54,684 bases of DNA. It comes from a virus (lineage: Duplodnaviria; Caudoviricetes). The stretch spans positions 1-54,684 of IMG/VR virus record IMGVR_UViG_3300012971_000005; one strand, 5' to 3'. Below the pieces are notes generated by a model. That model had not been told where the DNA came from and searched no databases. It saw nothing but the letters and a program-made list of their open reading frames with translations. Positions 44,564 to 53,337 of the stretch are shown one piece after another (the first letter of the stretch is position 1; each line of letters starts with the position of its first letter). Position numbers and translations under genes: made by a program.

Positions 44564-47500
44564 TCAGTGTCCCATCCAGGCCGTCGATTGCATCCCGAAG
44601 CGCCCCAGCAGCATTGGCGGAGGCGTGGGCGGCTCTGGCGTCTCCTGCAACCGAAATTCATCCTCGATCCCCGCCACGACGTCCAGGCTATTGGCCAGCG
44701 TGCGTAGGGCGTCGGCGCCATGCGAAGAGTTATGCACAAGCGCCCCATTCGCCAAGGAAAACTCTTCAAGCCCTGGCACGGTAAGACACCACGTATCTTC
44801 AGGCTTTGACACGCCCTGAACGGCGGCGATAGTGAGCGGCTTTACAACTTTGCGTACAAAATTTCTGACTGTTGCTCTTACGGCGTATAAGGGCGAGAAA
44901 AGGCTTTGTACAAAAGAGACACAAGCGTGTCTCCCGATTTTGTCTATTCCATTGCTGACCGAGCTTGGCATGGCGGCTATGCCAGAGGCGTCCGGCTTCC
45001 GAGCGATGCCATTCCGCGGCTTTTTGTCGCGCCAGGTCAACAAAATGTGGACCAGGATTGACGCCTTTTGTCCGATGCCATTGCTCTGAAAGGTGTTCTG
45101 ATCCATCAAGACACTCAAGATTGGAAAGGGCATTATTTGCGGCGTTGCTATCTCTGTGGTGAATATGGCATCCAACTGGGATAGGCCCAAAAGCCCTTTG
45201 CCATACTGCCCTATGAAGCCTTTTCCCAGCCCTCGCAAGATATCGCTCATTTGGCCACATACGGTAGAGACCACCATCAAAATACTGCGTAAGGGGGTCA
45301 AGGACGATTGGATCACTGTACCCGGCAAGAGGGACCCGGCGGATGTCCACCCGCTGTCCGTCTTGAATAAATGTTCCGGCGTACATCTCACCGTAAACCC
45401 GTCGCTGAACACAACTGCCACAAGTGGGGCATTTCTCCGCGTGATTCTCGGATTCTGGTATGCTTTCCAGCCACATGATGTTAAGACCTCCCCTGTTATA
45501 GGAAGGTCCATTATCTGATACGTTCCGTAACGTGTCAAGACCAAAGTATCACCAGTCAGACACCAGTCGTGCTCGGGATGCGCCGCAAAGGTCTTCTTCA
45601 CCTCATCCCACTCGTGCTTGTAATCCCTGAGCGCGTTAATCCCTAAGGTACAGCCATCCTCGTCAAACAGGAGTCGCGGGAAGAGTGTCCGCACGTTATC
45701 AATCCCAGTAGCCAGGCTGGTCCGTTGCACCGAGCGCACGACCCCTTGCACGAGGCGCTGCAAGACCTCTTCCCGGCGTTCCCCTGTGCCCCACTCCCGG
45801 TTATGGCCATCATGCGGCAACAGATGCGCCCGGTAGTTGCCCTGGTACGGCAGAGCACTGAGATACTGGCCGTAATGCATCGCCCCGTAGCCGTGATTTT
45901 CGTAGTAGTGGATACAACACACCTGGCGCCCAATGAACTGCACACACCAGATGGACGTGTAATCGTCAATCCCTAAGTCCCAGAACGTATACACGGGATA
46001 GGTGGGGTCGTAGGGACAGCGCGTAATACGCCGCTCCTGGTCCACCTGGCGAAACTCATGGGCGTAGTAGGCCCCAGGGATGGCCGCTTCCCAGCTCAGG
46101 TAATACTCCTGGTCAATCAGCTCCTGGCTCATGCCCTCACGGCGATCCGCCTCGATATCGGCCTTACTAATCACGGGCTTGCCATCCTCGCCCTGACCAT
46201 CACGCTGCGTCTGCTCGACGCTGAGCACCTCGACGTACCAGTCAGGATTGTTCACGTTGGTCCGGTACAGTTCATACCCGTGGTTTTTGCCCCTAGGCGT
46301 ATAGGCAAAAGCGGCCCATCCGCCATTCTCCCGCAGAATAGGCCGGGCAATGTTCCAGCCAGCCGGATTCTGGAGGGCGTACTCCGAGAAGATCATGCCG
46401 ACGCCGTTGCCGCCCACGAGCACATCGAGGTTGCGGTCCGTGCCGAGAATCTGATACGTACTGCCGGGCTTCCGGGCGTCAGCAGGGTCTACCAGGACAA
46501 TCTGCATATCGGCTTTATTGGGCTCCTGATAGAGCAAGTCGGGCGGAAAATGATCGAGGTAGCGCTTCCCTTCACGGTCTATGCCGTCCCAAATGACGCG
46601 CCGGCCCTGATTTAATTTGGGGAAAATGTGGTAATAGTTGCCGACACGATCAAGCATTTGCTCAATGAGGAAATTGAGGATGGTTTTGTCTTTGCCGCTA
46701 TTATGGACTACATAACCATTTGCTAAAAAACTCTGATACCGTTGCGTTTCAAGGTCCCACGTTTCATGCAACCCTGCATCTTTCAACGTTACCCCAGCCG
46801 CATAAATGCCGTAATCTAAGACACGTGGAACAGCCTGGGGCATAGCTAAAATAGCTTCAACCCGCTCCATTTTCTCAGGATGCACCAACGACAACCCATG
46901 ACACAAGCGCTGCACTGCGTCCATGGCCCAGATACGCAACGTCCAGCAACTTTCACGTTCATACTTGATCGAGCCAACCCGAATACCCCATTTACGCAAA
47001 AGCCAATAATAATCCCACGCTAAGCCCTCACTTTCCCCAGCATGGATCTTAATTTCCGCATGCGCCTTAAGGGGTTTTATCCCCCACATGGTAGCCGGGA
47101 AAAGATAAAAACTCCCATCACAATCAAGCACACCGCTTAAAAATGCCCAGACCGCTGCAGCATTACTCTCCCATAAAAAACGCGGCATGCGCCGCGTCTC
47201 ATGTACGCCTAACGCCTCTTGCTGCGCAAAAAACGCTTTGATGGGATTAGGAGTATTTCCACCCCCCCGCGTGCCATTGGGCAAGCCAAGATCATAGCCA
47301 TTACCCTTAGGACGCCATTGGACCTGTACAGCAAAAACTTCTTGGGCTAAACGTTCTACACGCTTCAACAAGGCAAGCTCAGTATTGGTAAACTTCGGGC
47401 TTTGCACAGGAGATACCGAACCGTCAGCCATTAAGTAACCACACAACATAGCCAAACAAACATCGTCGCGCCAGCCAGACGCATGCCCACCATACACCGT

Positions 47501-47935
47501 AACGGTATCTAGAGAACCAGTAGGGCCTTTAGGGACAATAGCGCCAATAGGAAGAAAAAGACGACGTGAAGAGCCATTCCCATGCCGAATAAGAAAACGA
47601 TGGTCAGGAGTGCATATCACGGCAGGAAAACCAGCAGCCACCACATGGGAGCAGGGTTTGAGGCCCGCCATCCAGACATCACGCACGGTATCTTCGACAT
47701 AACCGCCCTGATGCCACGTCAAGAGACGATCCCCTGGTATCACCGTTTCAATAGGTTTCCAGGACCCATCTGCCATAGTGACATGGGTACCACGAGCTAA
47801 ACAGCGCCGATGCCACACGAGGATAAAGCGGCGAATCCCGCTGTCCCAGGCATCCCACAGGCGCCACTGATAGGAACGCGGCTCAAACAGATAGGGCAGG
47901 TCCAGGAGAATTTCGGTGGGTGTCTCAGTGCGCAC
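44564..47935 (-). CDS. terL: Terminase large subunit containing two inteins
   Basis: PRSYQ, VWHRR|SGKD (Walker A), IFSEYA, YTPRGKNH, FWDLG..D.T, HPEHDW|SSHGADALR. Confidence 0.95.
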   Translation of the reverse strand: MRTETPTEILLDLPYLFEPRSYQWRLWDAWDSGIRRFILVWHRRCLARGTHVTMADGSWKPIETVIPGDRLLTWHQGGYVEDTVRDVWMAGLKPCSHVVAAGFPAVICTPDHRFLIRHGNGSSRRLFLPIGAIVPKGPTGSLDTVTVYGGHASGWRDDVCLAMLCGYLMADGSVSPVQSPKFTNTELALLKRVERLAQEVFAVQVQWRPKGNGYDLGLPNGTRGGGNTPNPIKAFFAQQEALGVHETRRMPRFLWESNAAAVWAFLSGVLDCDGSFYLFPATMWGIKPLKAHAEIKIHAGESEGLAWDYYWLLRKWGIRVGSIKYERESCWTLRIWAMDAVQRLCHGLSLVHPEKMERVEAILAMPQAVPRVLDYGIYAAGVTLKDAGLHETWDLETQRYQSFLANGYVVHNSGKDKTILNFLIEQMLDRVGNYYHIFPKLNQGRRVIWDGIDREGKRYLDHFPPDLLYQEPNKADMQIVLVDPADARKPGSTYQILGTDRNLDVLVGGNGVGMIFSEYALQNPAGWNIARPILRENGGWAAFAYTPRGKNHGYELYRTNVNNPDWYVEVLSVEQTQRDGQGEDGKPVISKADIEADRREGMSQELIDQEYYLSWEAAIPGAYYAHEFRQVDQERRITRCPYDPTYPVYTFWDLGIDDYTSIWCVQFIGRQVCCIHYYENHGYGAMHYGQYLSALPYQGNYRAHLLPHDGHNREWGTGERREEVLQRLVQGVVRSVQRTSLATGIDNVRTLFPRLLFDEDGCTLGINALRDYKHEWDEVKKTFAAHPEHDWCLTGDTLVLTRYGTYQIMDLPITGEVLTSCGWKAYQNPRITRRNAPLVAVVFSDGFTVRCTPEHLFKTDSGWTSAGSLLPGTVIQSSLTPLRSILMVVSTVCGQMSDILRGLGKGFIGQYGKGLLGLSQLDAIFTTEIATPQIMPFPILSVLMDQNTFQSNGIGQKASILVHILLTWRDKKPRNGIARKPDASGIAAMPSSVSNGIDKIGRHACVSFVQSLFSPLYAVRATVRNFVRKVVKPLTIAAVQGVSKPEDTWCLTVPGLEEFSLANGALVHNSSHGADALRTLANSLDVVAGIEDEFRLQETPEPPTPPPMLLGRFGMQSTAWMGH
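44799..45476 (-). CDS. HNH homing endonuclease nested out of frame inside intein 2
   Basis: LHRAVWQRAFGPIPVGCHIHHRDSNAANNALSNLECL; C-terminal CLFCTKPF...KFCTQSCK; GGAGG at 45491-45487. Confidence 0.88.
   Translation of the reverse strand: MWLESIPESENHAEKCPTCGSCVQRRVYGEMYAGTFIQDGQRVDIRRVPLAGYSDPIVLDPLTQYFDGGLYRMWPNERYLARAGKRLHRAVWQRAFGPIPVGCHIHHRDSNAANNALSNLECLDGSEHLSEQWHRTKGVNPGPHFVDLARQKAAEWHRSEAGRLWHSRHAKLGQQWNRQNRETRLCLFCTKPFLALIRRKSNSQKFCTQSCKAAHYRRRSGRVKA
45487..45538 (-). promoter_or_regulatory. sigma70-type promoter and RBS for the nested HNH, embedded in intein coding sequence
   Basis: TTGACA (45538-45533), 17-nt spacer, GATAAT (45515-45510); AGGGGAGG ending 10 nt before ATG 45476. 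Confidence 0.7.
46700..47803 (-). mobile_element. Intein 1 (368 aa) in the TerL Walker A motif, with in-frame LAGLIDADG endonuclease
   Basis: CLARGTHV...CTPDHRF...LCGYLMADGS...FLSGVLDCDGS...ANGYVVHN|S; lower GC. Confidence 0.93.
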
Positions 47936-48194
47936 GACGCAGCCTTACCACGAGAGGTTTATCGGGGTCACCGGAGTGTTCGATGCGCTCCTTAGGCTTG
48001 CCCCAGGCATAATAGAGCAACGTTTGCAGAATAACGGAGGGGAGGTCGCCGCGTTTAGCCTGATCGAGCCACAGGGCGCGGACGTCGGGGTTATCGACGA
48101 TGACCCGCGCGGCGGCTTCGCTTTCAAGGGTGCGCTTGTTTTTCCCGCCGGGCTTGCGGCCGGCTCCAGGGCGTTTGCCACCGTTTTTGCCCAT
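47925..48194 (-). CDS. terS: Terminase small subunit (putative)
   Basis: GGKRPGAGRKPG.KNK and YAWGKPKERIEHSG; overlaps the terL start. Confidence 0.7.
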   Translation of the reverse strand: MGKNGGKRPGAGRKPGGKNKRTLESEAAARVIVDNPDVRALWLDQAKRGDLPSVILQTLLYYAWGKPKERIEHSGDPDKPLVVRLRRAH

Positions 48195-48199
48195 AACTG

Positions 48200-48520
48200 A
48201 AAAAGTCTGAAAAAAACTGATTGACAATCACGGGTGGCGCAGAGAGGCCTGAGGTGGAGGGGAGAGGCGCCTCGCGCAGCCCTCAGTATACGTAAGACTA
48301 TAGACATACTATCGCATAGGTGTGAGCGCAGTGCAAAGGGTATTTTTATGCAGATTTTCTTTACAGTATCTACGCGGGTGATTATCGATAAACTACATAT
48401 TATCAATAACTTAGGTATTATATGAATGTGGGCATACTTCTACCGATGATATAATAATATATACTATACTATACTTCTTCTGAAGAGCATAGCACAGGAG
48501 GCGAAGAAGACGCAAGGTTT
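48200..48520. promoter_or_regulatory. AT-rich intergenic region upstream of terS (probable late control region)
   Basis: Marked GC drop; no credible ORF; precedes the packaging operon. Confidence 0.5.
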
Positions 48521-48522
48521 TT

Positions 48523-48828
48523 TCACGTAGGGATGGGGCCAATGTGGCCATCGCTGTAGCCATCGGCGGCGTCGTCATCCTCCTCATCGGTCTCGTAGGC
48601 TTCTATGGCGAGCCCTTGCCACACCATACTCTCTAAGGCCATGAACGCCTGCTCCAGATACTGCTGTACCTCCTGTGGAGTGGCGTCCGTGTCGTCAAGG
48701 AGCGCGCCGATGAGGTGCGCCAGTACCACACCAACGGCGCGCACCAGCGTATTAAGGTCCGCCTCGGCATCGTCGAGATAGGCCCGCACCACGTCATCCA
48801 GCGCCGCGTAGAGATCGTTCTCGGTCAT
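48523..48828 (-). CDS. Acidic hypothetical protein
   Basis: MTENDLYAALDDVVRAYL...; AAAGGA upstream. Confidence 0.55.
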   Translation of the reverse strand: MTENDLYAALDDVVRAYLDDAEADLNTLVRAVGVVLAHLIGALLDDTDATPQEVQQYLEQAFMALESMVWQGLAIEAYETDEEDDDAADGYSDGHIGPIPT

Positions 48829-49261
48829 CGCTAGACAAATCCTTTGAGGGGCATGCCTGTTCTGCCGCCAACTGGGCGCAGCACTCAGCCCAGGTGGCAT
48901 AGTATTCAACCGGAGGCAGCCAGTAGAAGATGTTTTCCCGGTACTGGATGACAAGGCAGCGCTTTCCCAGAGCCAGCGCGATGCCAAATTCAGTGTGCCT
49001 GCCTCCGCGTGCCCGCCCTAGCACTTCGCCAGGGCCTTCGGTGAAGGCGATACAGATCTGGGCGTGAGTAAGGTCATCCCAGTCTTCCTCAGCCCAGACG
49101 GCGTGCCAGGCGTCGGTTTCTGCTTGGCCGTCGGCACGCATGTCATGATCGCCGAGTATCCAGCGACTGGTCACGGTGTAGCCGAGCGCTTCGAGGTCCT
49201 TGGCATAGTACTGGAGTTCGGGGTAGCGACCATAACGGGCGATGAGGTAGACGGTGGGCAA
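48794..49261 (-). CDS. Nucleoside 2-deoxyribosyltransferase-like protein
   Basis: VYL.ARY, VTSRWI, AEEDWDDL, GGRHTEFGIALALGK; AAGGAGG before TTG 49261. Confidence 0.75.
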   Translation of the reverse strand: MPTVYLIARYGRYPELQYYAKDLEALGYTVTSRWILGDHDMRADGQAETDAWHAVWAEEDWDDLTHAQICIAFTEGPGEVLGRARGGRHTEFGIALALGKRCLVIQYRENIFYWLPPVEYYATWAECCAQLAAEQACPSKDLSSDDRERSLRGAG

Positions 49262-49335
49262 TGATATCACCTCCTTGAAGAGAGTAACTTTTAGGCCTAT
49301 ACTACTGCCCATATGTTCTGGGGTGATTCCGTATG

Positions 49336-49378
49336 AACCCCCCCCCTAATTTTGTCGTTTAAATTAGGGGGGGGGGTT
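49336..49378. repeat. Inverted repeat with C9/G10 homopolymer arms
   Basis: AA-C9-TAATTT, loop, AAATTA-G10-TT. Confidence 0.8.
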
Positions 49379-49424
49379 GTGACACAACCCCCCTCATCCA
49401 CCCCGTAGTTTATGTAGAATATAT

Positions 49425-50426
49425 CTACAATAATTTTGGGAATTTCTGCCCTACTTTCCCGTGCCAGGCAATAGATGCAGAGGTTTTGATTTTGACCCAG
49501 CCGCGCTTGCGTATGACATTCCATGCCAGAGCAATCATGGGTGCCTTCTGTTCGTCGCGCAGGACCAGACGGGTTCTTTTGTTGGTCCCGCTTAAGCTTT
49601 TGAGCATGCGATTGCGGAGTACCAGGATGACATCGCCTTCTTCAAGGTGCTCTCCTGTCCCAAATTTCCAGAAAAAATCATTGGCTGTGGCTCGATCAAG
49701 CTTGGTACAGAGGTAATGAAACGCAGTCACCATGCCAGGCGCCGCCAGCCCCTGCGCTCGTGTCCCAAATGCAAACGACTCAGCCAACGCCGCATGCGCC
49801 GGAAACGTGTCTGCCAACTCATCATCAGTGATGTTCGGATGGGGATTGCTCATGAGGTCATGTTCATAGCGATACACCCAGCGCAGCGCTGCAGCGATAT
49901 GCCGGCTGTTTTTGACGCCACGAATGCCCAGGATATCCCCTACACTCCGCTTGGATCCTAATCCCATGGAGGAAAACCGTTCCCAATCGATCCCATGGAC
50001 GACGAGGGTTATGATGGAAACGTCGGTATCAATGACCGCTTTGATGCGATGTTGCCCTTCGACAAGACGGCCATCTGCATCAAAGATGAGAGGTTCGCCA
50101 TTGAGTTGCCAGCGTTGTTGCGTTAAGGCCCGTTCGAGGCGTCGGATTTGGCTGAGATGCAAGCCACGATTGATATTTTTATGCTGCCAGATGACTCTGG
50201 CAATTTCAGGCGTAATCAATGCCACGAAGACCTTGATCCCAAGCGTGGTTAGCGGCAAAACGTCTACAGGAACGTGAACAAGTGAGGCGTCTATGGTGAC
50301 AATATCCCCGGTTTCCTGGATACTTAAAGGCGTACCACCGAGCGCACTCATCGAGTGTTCCCAAAACTCTGGCATAGGGTTTTCCACTGCAGGCCCTTTC
50401 CATGGGCATATTGTTTGCGCCAACAA
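49425..50426 (-). CDS. ParB/Srx-like N-terminal domain protein
   Basis: ITPEIA, INRGL, WQLNGEPLIFDADGRLVEGQHRIKAVI, MGLGSKRSVGDIL. Confidence 0.65.
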   Translation of the reverse strand: MLAQTICPWKGPAVENPMPEFWEHSMSALGGTPLSIQETGDIVTIDASLVHVPVDVLPLTTLGIKVFVALITPEIARVIWQHKNINRGLHLSQIRRLERALTQQRWQLNGEPLIFDADGRLVEGQHRIKAVIDTDVSIITLVVHGIDWERFSSMGLGSKRSVGDILGIRGVKNSRHIAAALRWVYRYEHDLMSNPHPNITDDELADTFPAHAALAESFAFGTRAQGLAAPGMVTAFHYLCTKLDRATANDFFWKFGTGEHLEEGDVILVLRNRMLKSLSGTNKRTRLVLRDEQKAPMIALAWNVIRKRGWVKIKTSASIAWHGKVGQKFPKLL

Positions 50427-50444
50427 ACAATAGCCAGTTACTCG

Positions 50445-50759
50445 TTATGGCGTCTTCTCGGGATCGATGCTTCGGTCAAATACCGGACATCCGATCCCAA
50501 AATACACCGTATCATACCCAAATTGCTCAATGGCTTCTAGTAAATCCAAGCGCATCGTCGTAATGCGCCGCTCTTGATCTTGGGTCAGGGTCGCCATGCT
50601 CACTTCGGGCCGGAACACGGCGCCACCATCAGGGGAGAGGGCGTCAGCGAAGACCTGACACGCCACTCCCAAATAGACGGCGGGATAGCCCAGATCCTCA
50701 ATCGCATTTTCGAGCGCCCGCCTGATACTGCTCAGGATGAACGCTTGTCGTGTGCGCAT
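50445..50759 (-). CDS. Hypothetical protein with internal duplication
   Basis: LENAIEDLGYPAVYLGVAC versus LLEAIEQFGYDTVYFGIGC; AGGAGG RBS. Confidence 0.65.
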   Translation of the reverse strand: MRTRQAFILSSIRRALENAIEDLGYPAVYLGVACQVFADALSPDGGAVFRPEVSMATLTQDQERRITTMRLDLLEAIEQFGYDTVYFGIGCPVFDRSIDPEKTP

Positions 50760-50771
50760 CGCCGTCTCCTC

Positions 50772-52994
50772 CTAAAACAGCCGTTGCTGGTTCTGGCTTT
50801 CTAGCGCCCGTACCAGATTCTTGATCCCGGTAGCCGCATACGTCGGCTTGAGTTCGCACCCCACAAATTGACGCCTATGCGAGAGCGCCACAACCCCCGT
50901 CGAGCAGATCCCCGCGAACGGGTCCAGTATCGTCTCATTGGGATTGCTCCAGAGGCGAATGCAGCGCTCGATGACGCCAAGCTGTAAAGGACAGATATGG
51001 CGGTCATCTGCGGCTTCCCGTGCCTCAGCCGCATTCAGGGTGTCGCTTTCGTGGATGCCCCAGCCGGGCTCGTCATGGTTCCCGTACCACACGCCGTTGG
51101 CCCAACGGATCCAGGTCTCGTTGTCGATATCAGGTTGAATCGGTACGGGATTGTCGCCAGGCTTGCGCAAGAGCAGGATATAGTCACACAGGGCTGGTCT
51201 GAGCCAGGAGCTATCGCGCTTAAGCTGCCCAAACGCCAGCCCTTTGCTGTGAATGCGAATGGCCTGGGCTTGCGGGTTTTTGGAAATGACGACCTCTCCA
51301 TGATACAGCCAGCCCCACTGACTCATATAGCGCACGGTCTCCCCACGAAAATCCTTGAGCCCGATCCAGCCATCGCGCACCAGCATCGCCGGCACCTGCG
51401 AGACATGGATGGCGGCGTGGCGCCCCGGCATGGTGACCCGCATGAGCTGGTCACTGACATAGCGGAAGTGGGCAAAGAAGGTCTCCGTGGAGGCGCTGTT
51501 GCCCAGGTCACGTTCGGTCGGAGAATATTGGTACAACGCCAGGAACGGGGGACTTGTCACCGTGAGTCCAATACTCGCAGCGGCGACATGCTGCAACCCA
51601 TCAACACAATCGCCCTGGTACAGGTCCCATGAGGGACCGGTAAAATGCTGCACGTTGCCCATGGCCACAGGAGTCTGGGCGTGGTGTAACTCTGCCTGTT
51701 CGTAGTGCTGCATATGCTCGATCATGTGAGTGACCATTCCTTCTGCTTGACGTTCCTTGCGCCTAATATTGTCGAGAATGGGTTGTTCGTGGTCTGAGAG
51801 CACCAGATGCACAGTGACTTCATGCGTCTGGCCATAGCGCCAGAGGCGCCGGATCGTCTGGAACCACGTTTCCCATGAGTCATTGAGCCCGACGAAGATC
51901 GTGTGGTGGCAATGTTGCCAATTCATCCCAAAACCAAAAACCGATGGTTTGCTTATCAGGACGCGCTTGTCTCCAGACATCCAGCGATCATGAAGCCGCT
52001 CTTTGTCATCCATGGCTGTTGTCCCCTGAATCGAGACGCAGTCCTCGCCAATCGTCTTGGCGAGGAGGTCTTGTTCAGCGTTGAGGCCACACCAGATGAC
52101 CCACTGGTCGTGCCTACTTGCTTGCACAAGTTGCGCAGCAATCGCCACCCGCGCACTGATGGTCCCACGCCGGACCGCACTGCGATCTGTAATGCCCTTG
52201 AGCCCCATGGTCGGGAACAACTCCCCATCGCGGTGAAAATCTGCCTTGGCATAGTGCACTTTCAGGGTGAGGGGGGGAAGTTGAAAGGTCACGTCATCGA
52301 AGCCCAGGTCTGCAGGCGACTGTAACGCCATCGCCCATGAAGCCAGCCACTGATAAAACGCCTCTGCCGCATGGCCGCGCAAGCGCCAGCCCTGATCGTC
52401 GTGCACAAAAAATGTACTGAGCATATCCGTACGCTTCATGACGCCAAGAAATTCAGCGTGGTTGCCGATTTCCGCGATGTCATTGGGCGCTGGCGTGGCG
52501 GTGCAGCACAGGCGATAGGGGATATGGGTAAAGTGCGTCAGCAGCTCTTCACGGGTTTTGCTGGTAATGTGCTTGATGCGAGAGGATTCGTCGCAGACGA
52601 TGCCGGTAAAGGGATAGTCATAGAAGTGGCGCATCATGTCGTAATTGGTGACACAGACACGCTGGGTGATCTGGTCAGGATGACGCACATATTCTAGGGG
52701 CCGGTTGAACTTGTTGACGGATTCCCGGACGAGTTGATGAGTGACCGCGAGCGGCGCCAGGATGAGCACCGGGCCAGGGATGTGGTGCGCCCACTCAACC
52801 AGCATAAGGCCTTTTCCCAGCCCGGTATGGGCAAAGAGCCCAGCCCGTCCGCGCCGCAGCGCCCAGCGGGTCAGCGCTGCTTGAAAGGGGTAGAGGACAG
52901 GCGACAGGGCCTCCAGGGGCACCTCGATGCCGGTGGGGGCATCGGTCAGGCGTTTGGTGCGCAGAAAGTCGAGATAGTTCGTCTTATGCATCAT
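50772..52994 (-). CDS. SNF2-like helicase fused to a beta-class (N4-C/N6-A) DNA methyltransferase
   Basis: TGLGK, CDESS, TATPAPND, GFGMNWQ, QTIRRLWRYGQ; then VTSPPF, HICPLQ and LDPFAG. Confidence 0.88.
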   Translation of the reverse strand: MMHKTNYLDFLRTKRLTDAPTGIEVPLEALSPVLYPFQAALTRWALRRGRAGLFAHTGLGKGLMLVEWAHHIPGPVLILAPLAVTHQLVRESVNKFNRPLEYVRHPDQITQRVCVTNYDMMRHFYDYPFTGIVCDESSRIKHITSKTREELLTHFTHIPYRLCCTATPAPNDIAEIGNHAEFLGVMKRTDMLSTFFVHDDQGWRLRGHAAEAFYQWLASWAMALQSPADLGFDDVTFQLPPLTLKVHYAKADFHRDGELFPTMGLKGITDRSAVRRGTISARVAIAAQLVQASRHDQWVIWCGLNAEQDLLAKTIGEDCVSIQGTTAMDDKERLHDRWMSGDKRVLISKPSVFGFGMNWQHCHHTIFVGLNDSWETWFQTIRRLWRYGQTHEVTVHLVLSDHEQPILDNIRRKERQAEGMVTHMIEHMQHYEQAELHHAQTPVAMGNVQHFTGPSWDLYQGDCVDGLQHVAAASIGLTVTSPPFLALYQYSPTERDLGNSASTETFFAHFRYVSDQLMRVTMPGRHAAIHVSQVPAMLVRDGWIGLKDFRGETVRYMSQWGWLYHGEVVISKNPQAQAIRIHSKGLAFGQLKRDSSWLRPALCDYILLLRKPGDNPVPIQPDIDNETWIRWANGVWYGNHDEPGWGIHESDTLNAAEAREAADDRHICPLQLGVIERCIRLWSNPNETILDPFAGICSTGVVALSHRRQFVGCELKPTYAATGIKNLVRALESQNQQRLF

Positions 52995-53190
52995 TCATCC
53001 CTAAGAGATAATCAGTCGTCACACCGAGCACACGCGCCAGCGGTACGAGACGCTCAGCCCGAATACCACCTTCATTCTTCTCGAGTTTGCGAATAGTGGT
53101 AGCACTCACATTGAGTGCCACAGCCAGCACTTCTGGACGTAAACCCTTTTCTTTCCGTAACGTGCGTACTCGATCTCCGAGTGTGGTCAT
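52984..53190 (-). CDS. XRE-family HTH regulator (Cro-like)
   Basis: LGDRVRTLRKEKGL..EVLA..LNVSATTIRKLEKN...LARVLGVTTDYLL; GGAGG RBS. Confidence 0.88.
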   Translation of the reverse strand: MTTLGDRVRTLRKEKGLRPEVLAVALNVSATTIRKLEKNEGGIRAERLVPLARVLGVTTDYLLGMNDA

Positions 53191-53199
53191 ACGTATCAC

Positions 53200-53330
53200 C
53201 TCCTCCCCAAGAAATATACCAAACTTTTCTTAAAGATTGTACATTTTTTATCAAGTTTTCTTGCAAAGTTTTATGAGAAGGTATAAGATTATATCCAGAT
53301 GCAGCGAGTGAGACCCACACACCAAAAGGA
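53200..53330. promoter_or_regulatory. Divergent AT-rich promoter/operator region
   Basis: TTGCAA-17-TAAGAT on + (53261-53289); repeated AAGTTTT/AAACTTT half-sites. Confidence 0.55.
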
Positions 53331-53337
53331 GTCGATC

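Larger units (their letters stand above)
44729..45562 (-). mobile_element. Intein 2 (278 aa) in the TerL nuclease domain; no in-frame endonuclease
   Basis: CLTGDTLV...RCTPEHLF...DTWCLTV...ANGALVHN|S. Confidence 0.92.

Noticed and set aside
47582-47800. Nested ORF in intein 1
   Set aside because: Short, antisense and without motifs; intein 1 already has an in-frame LAGLIDADG domain.
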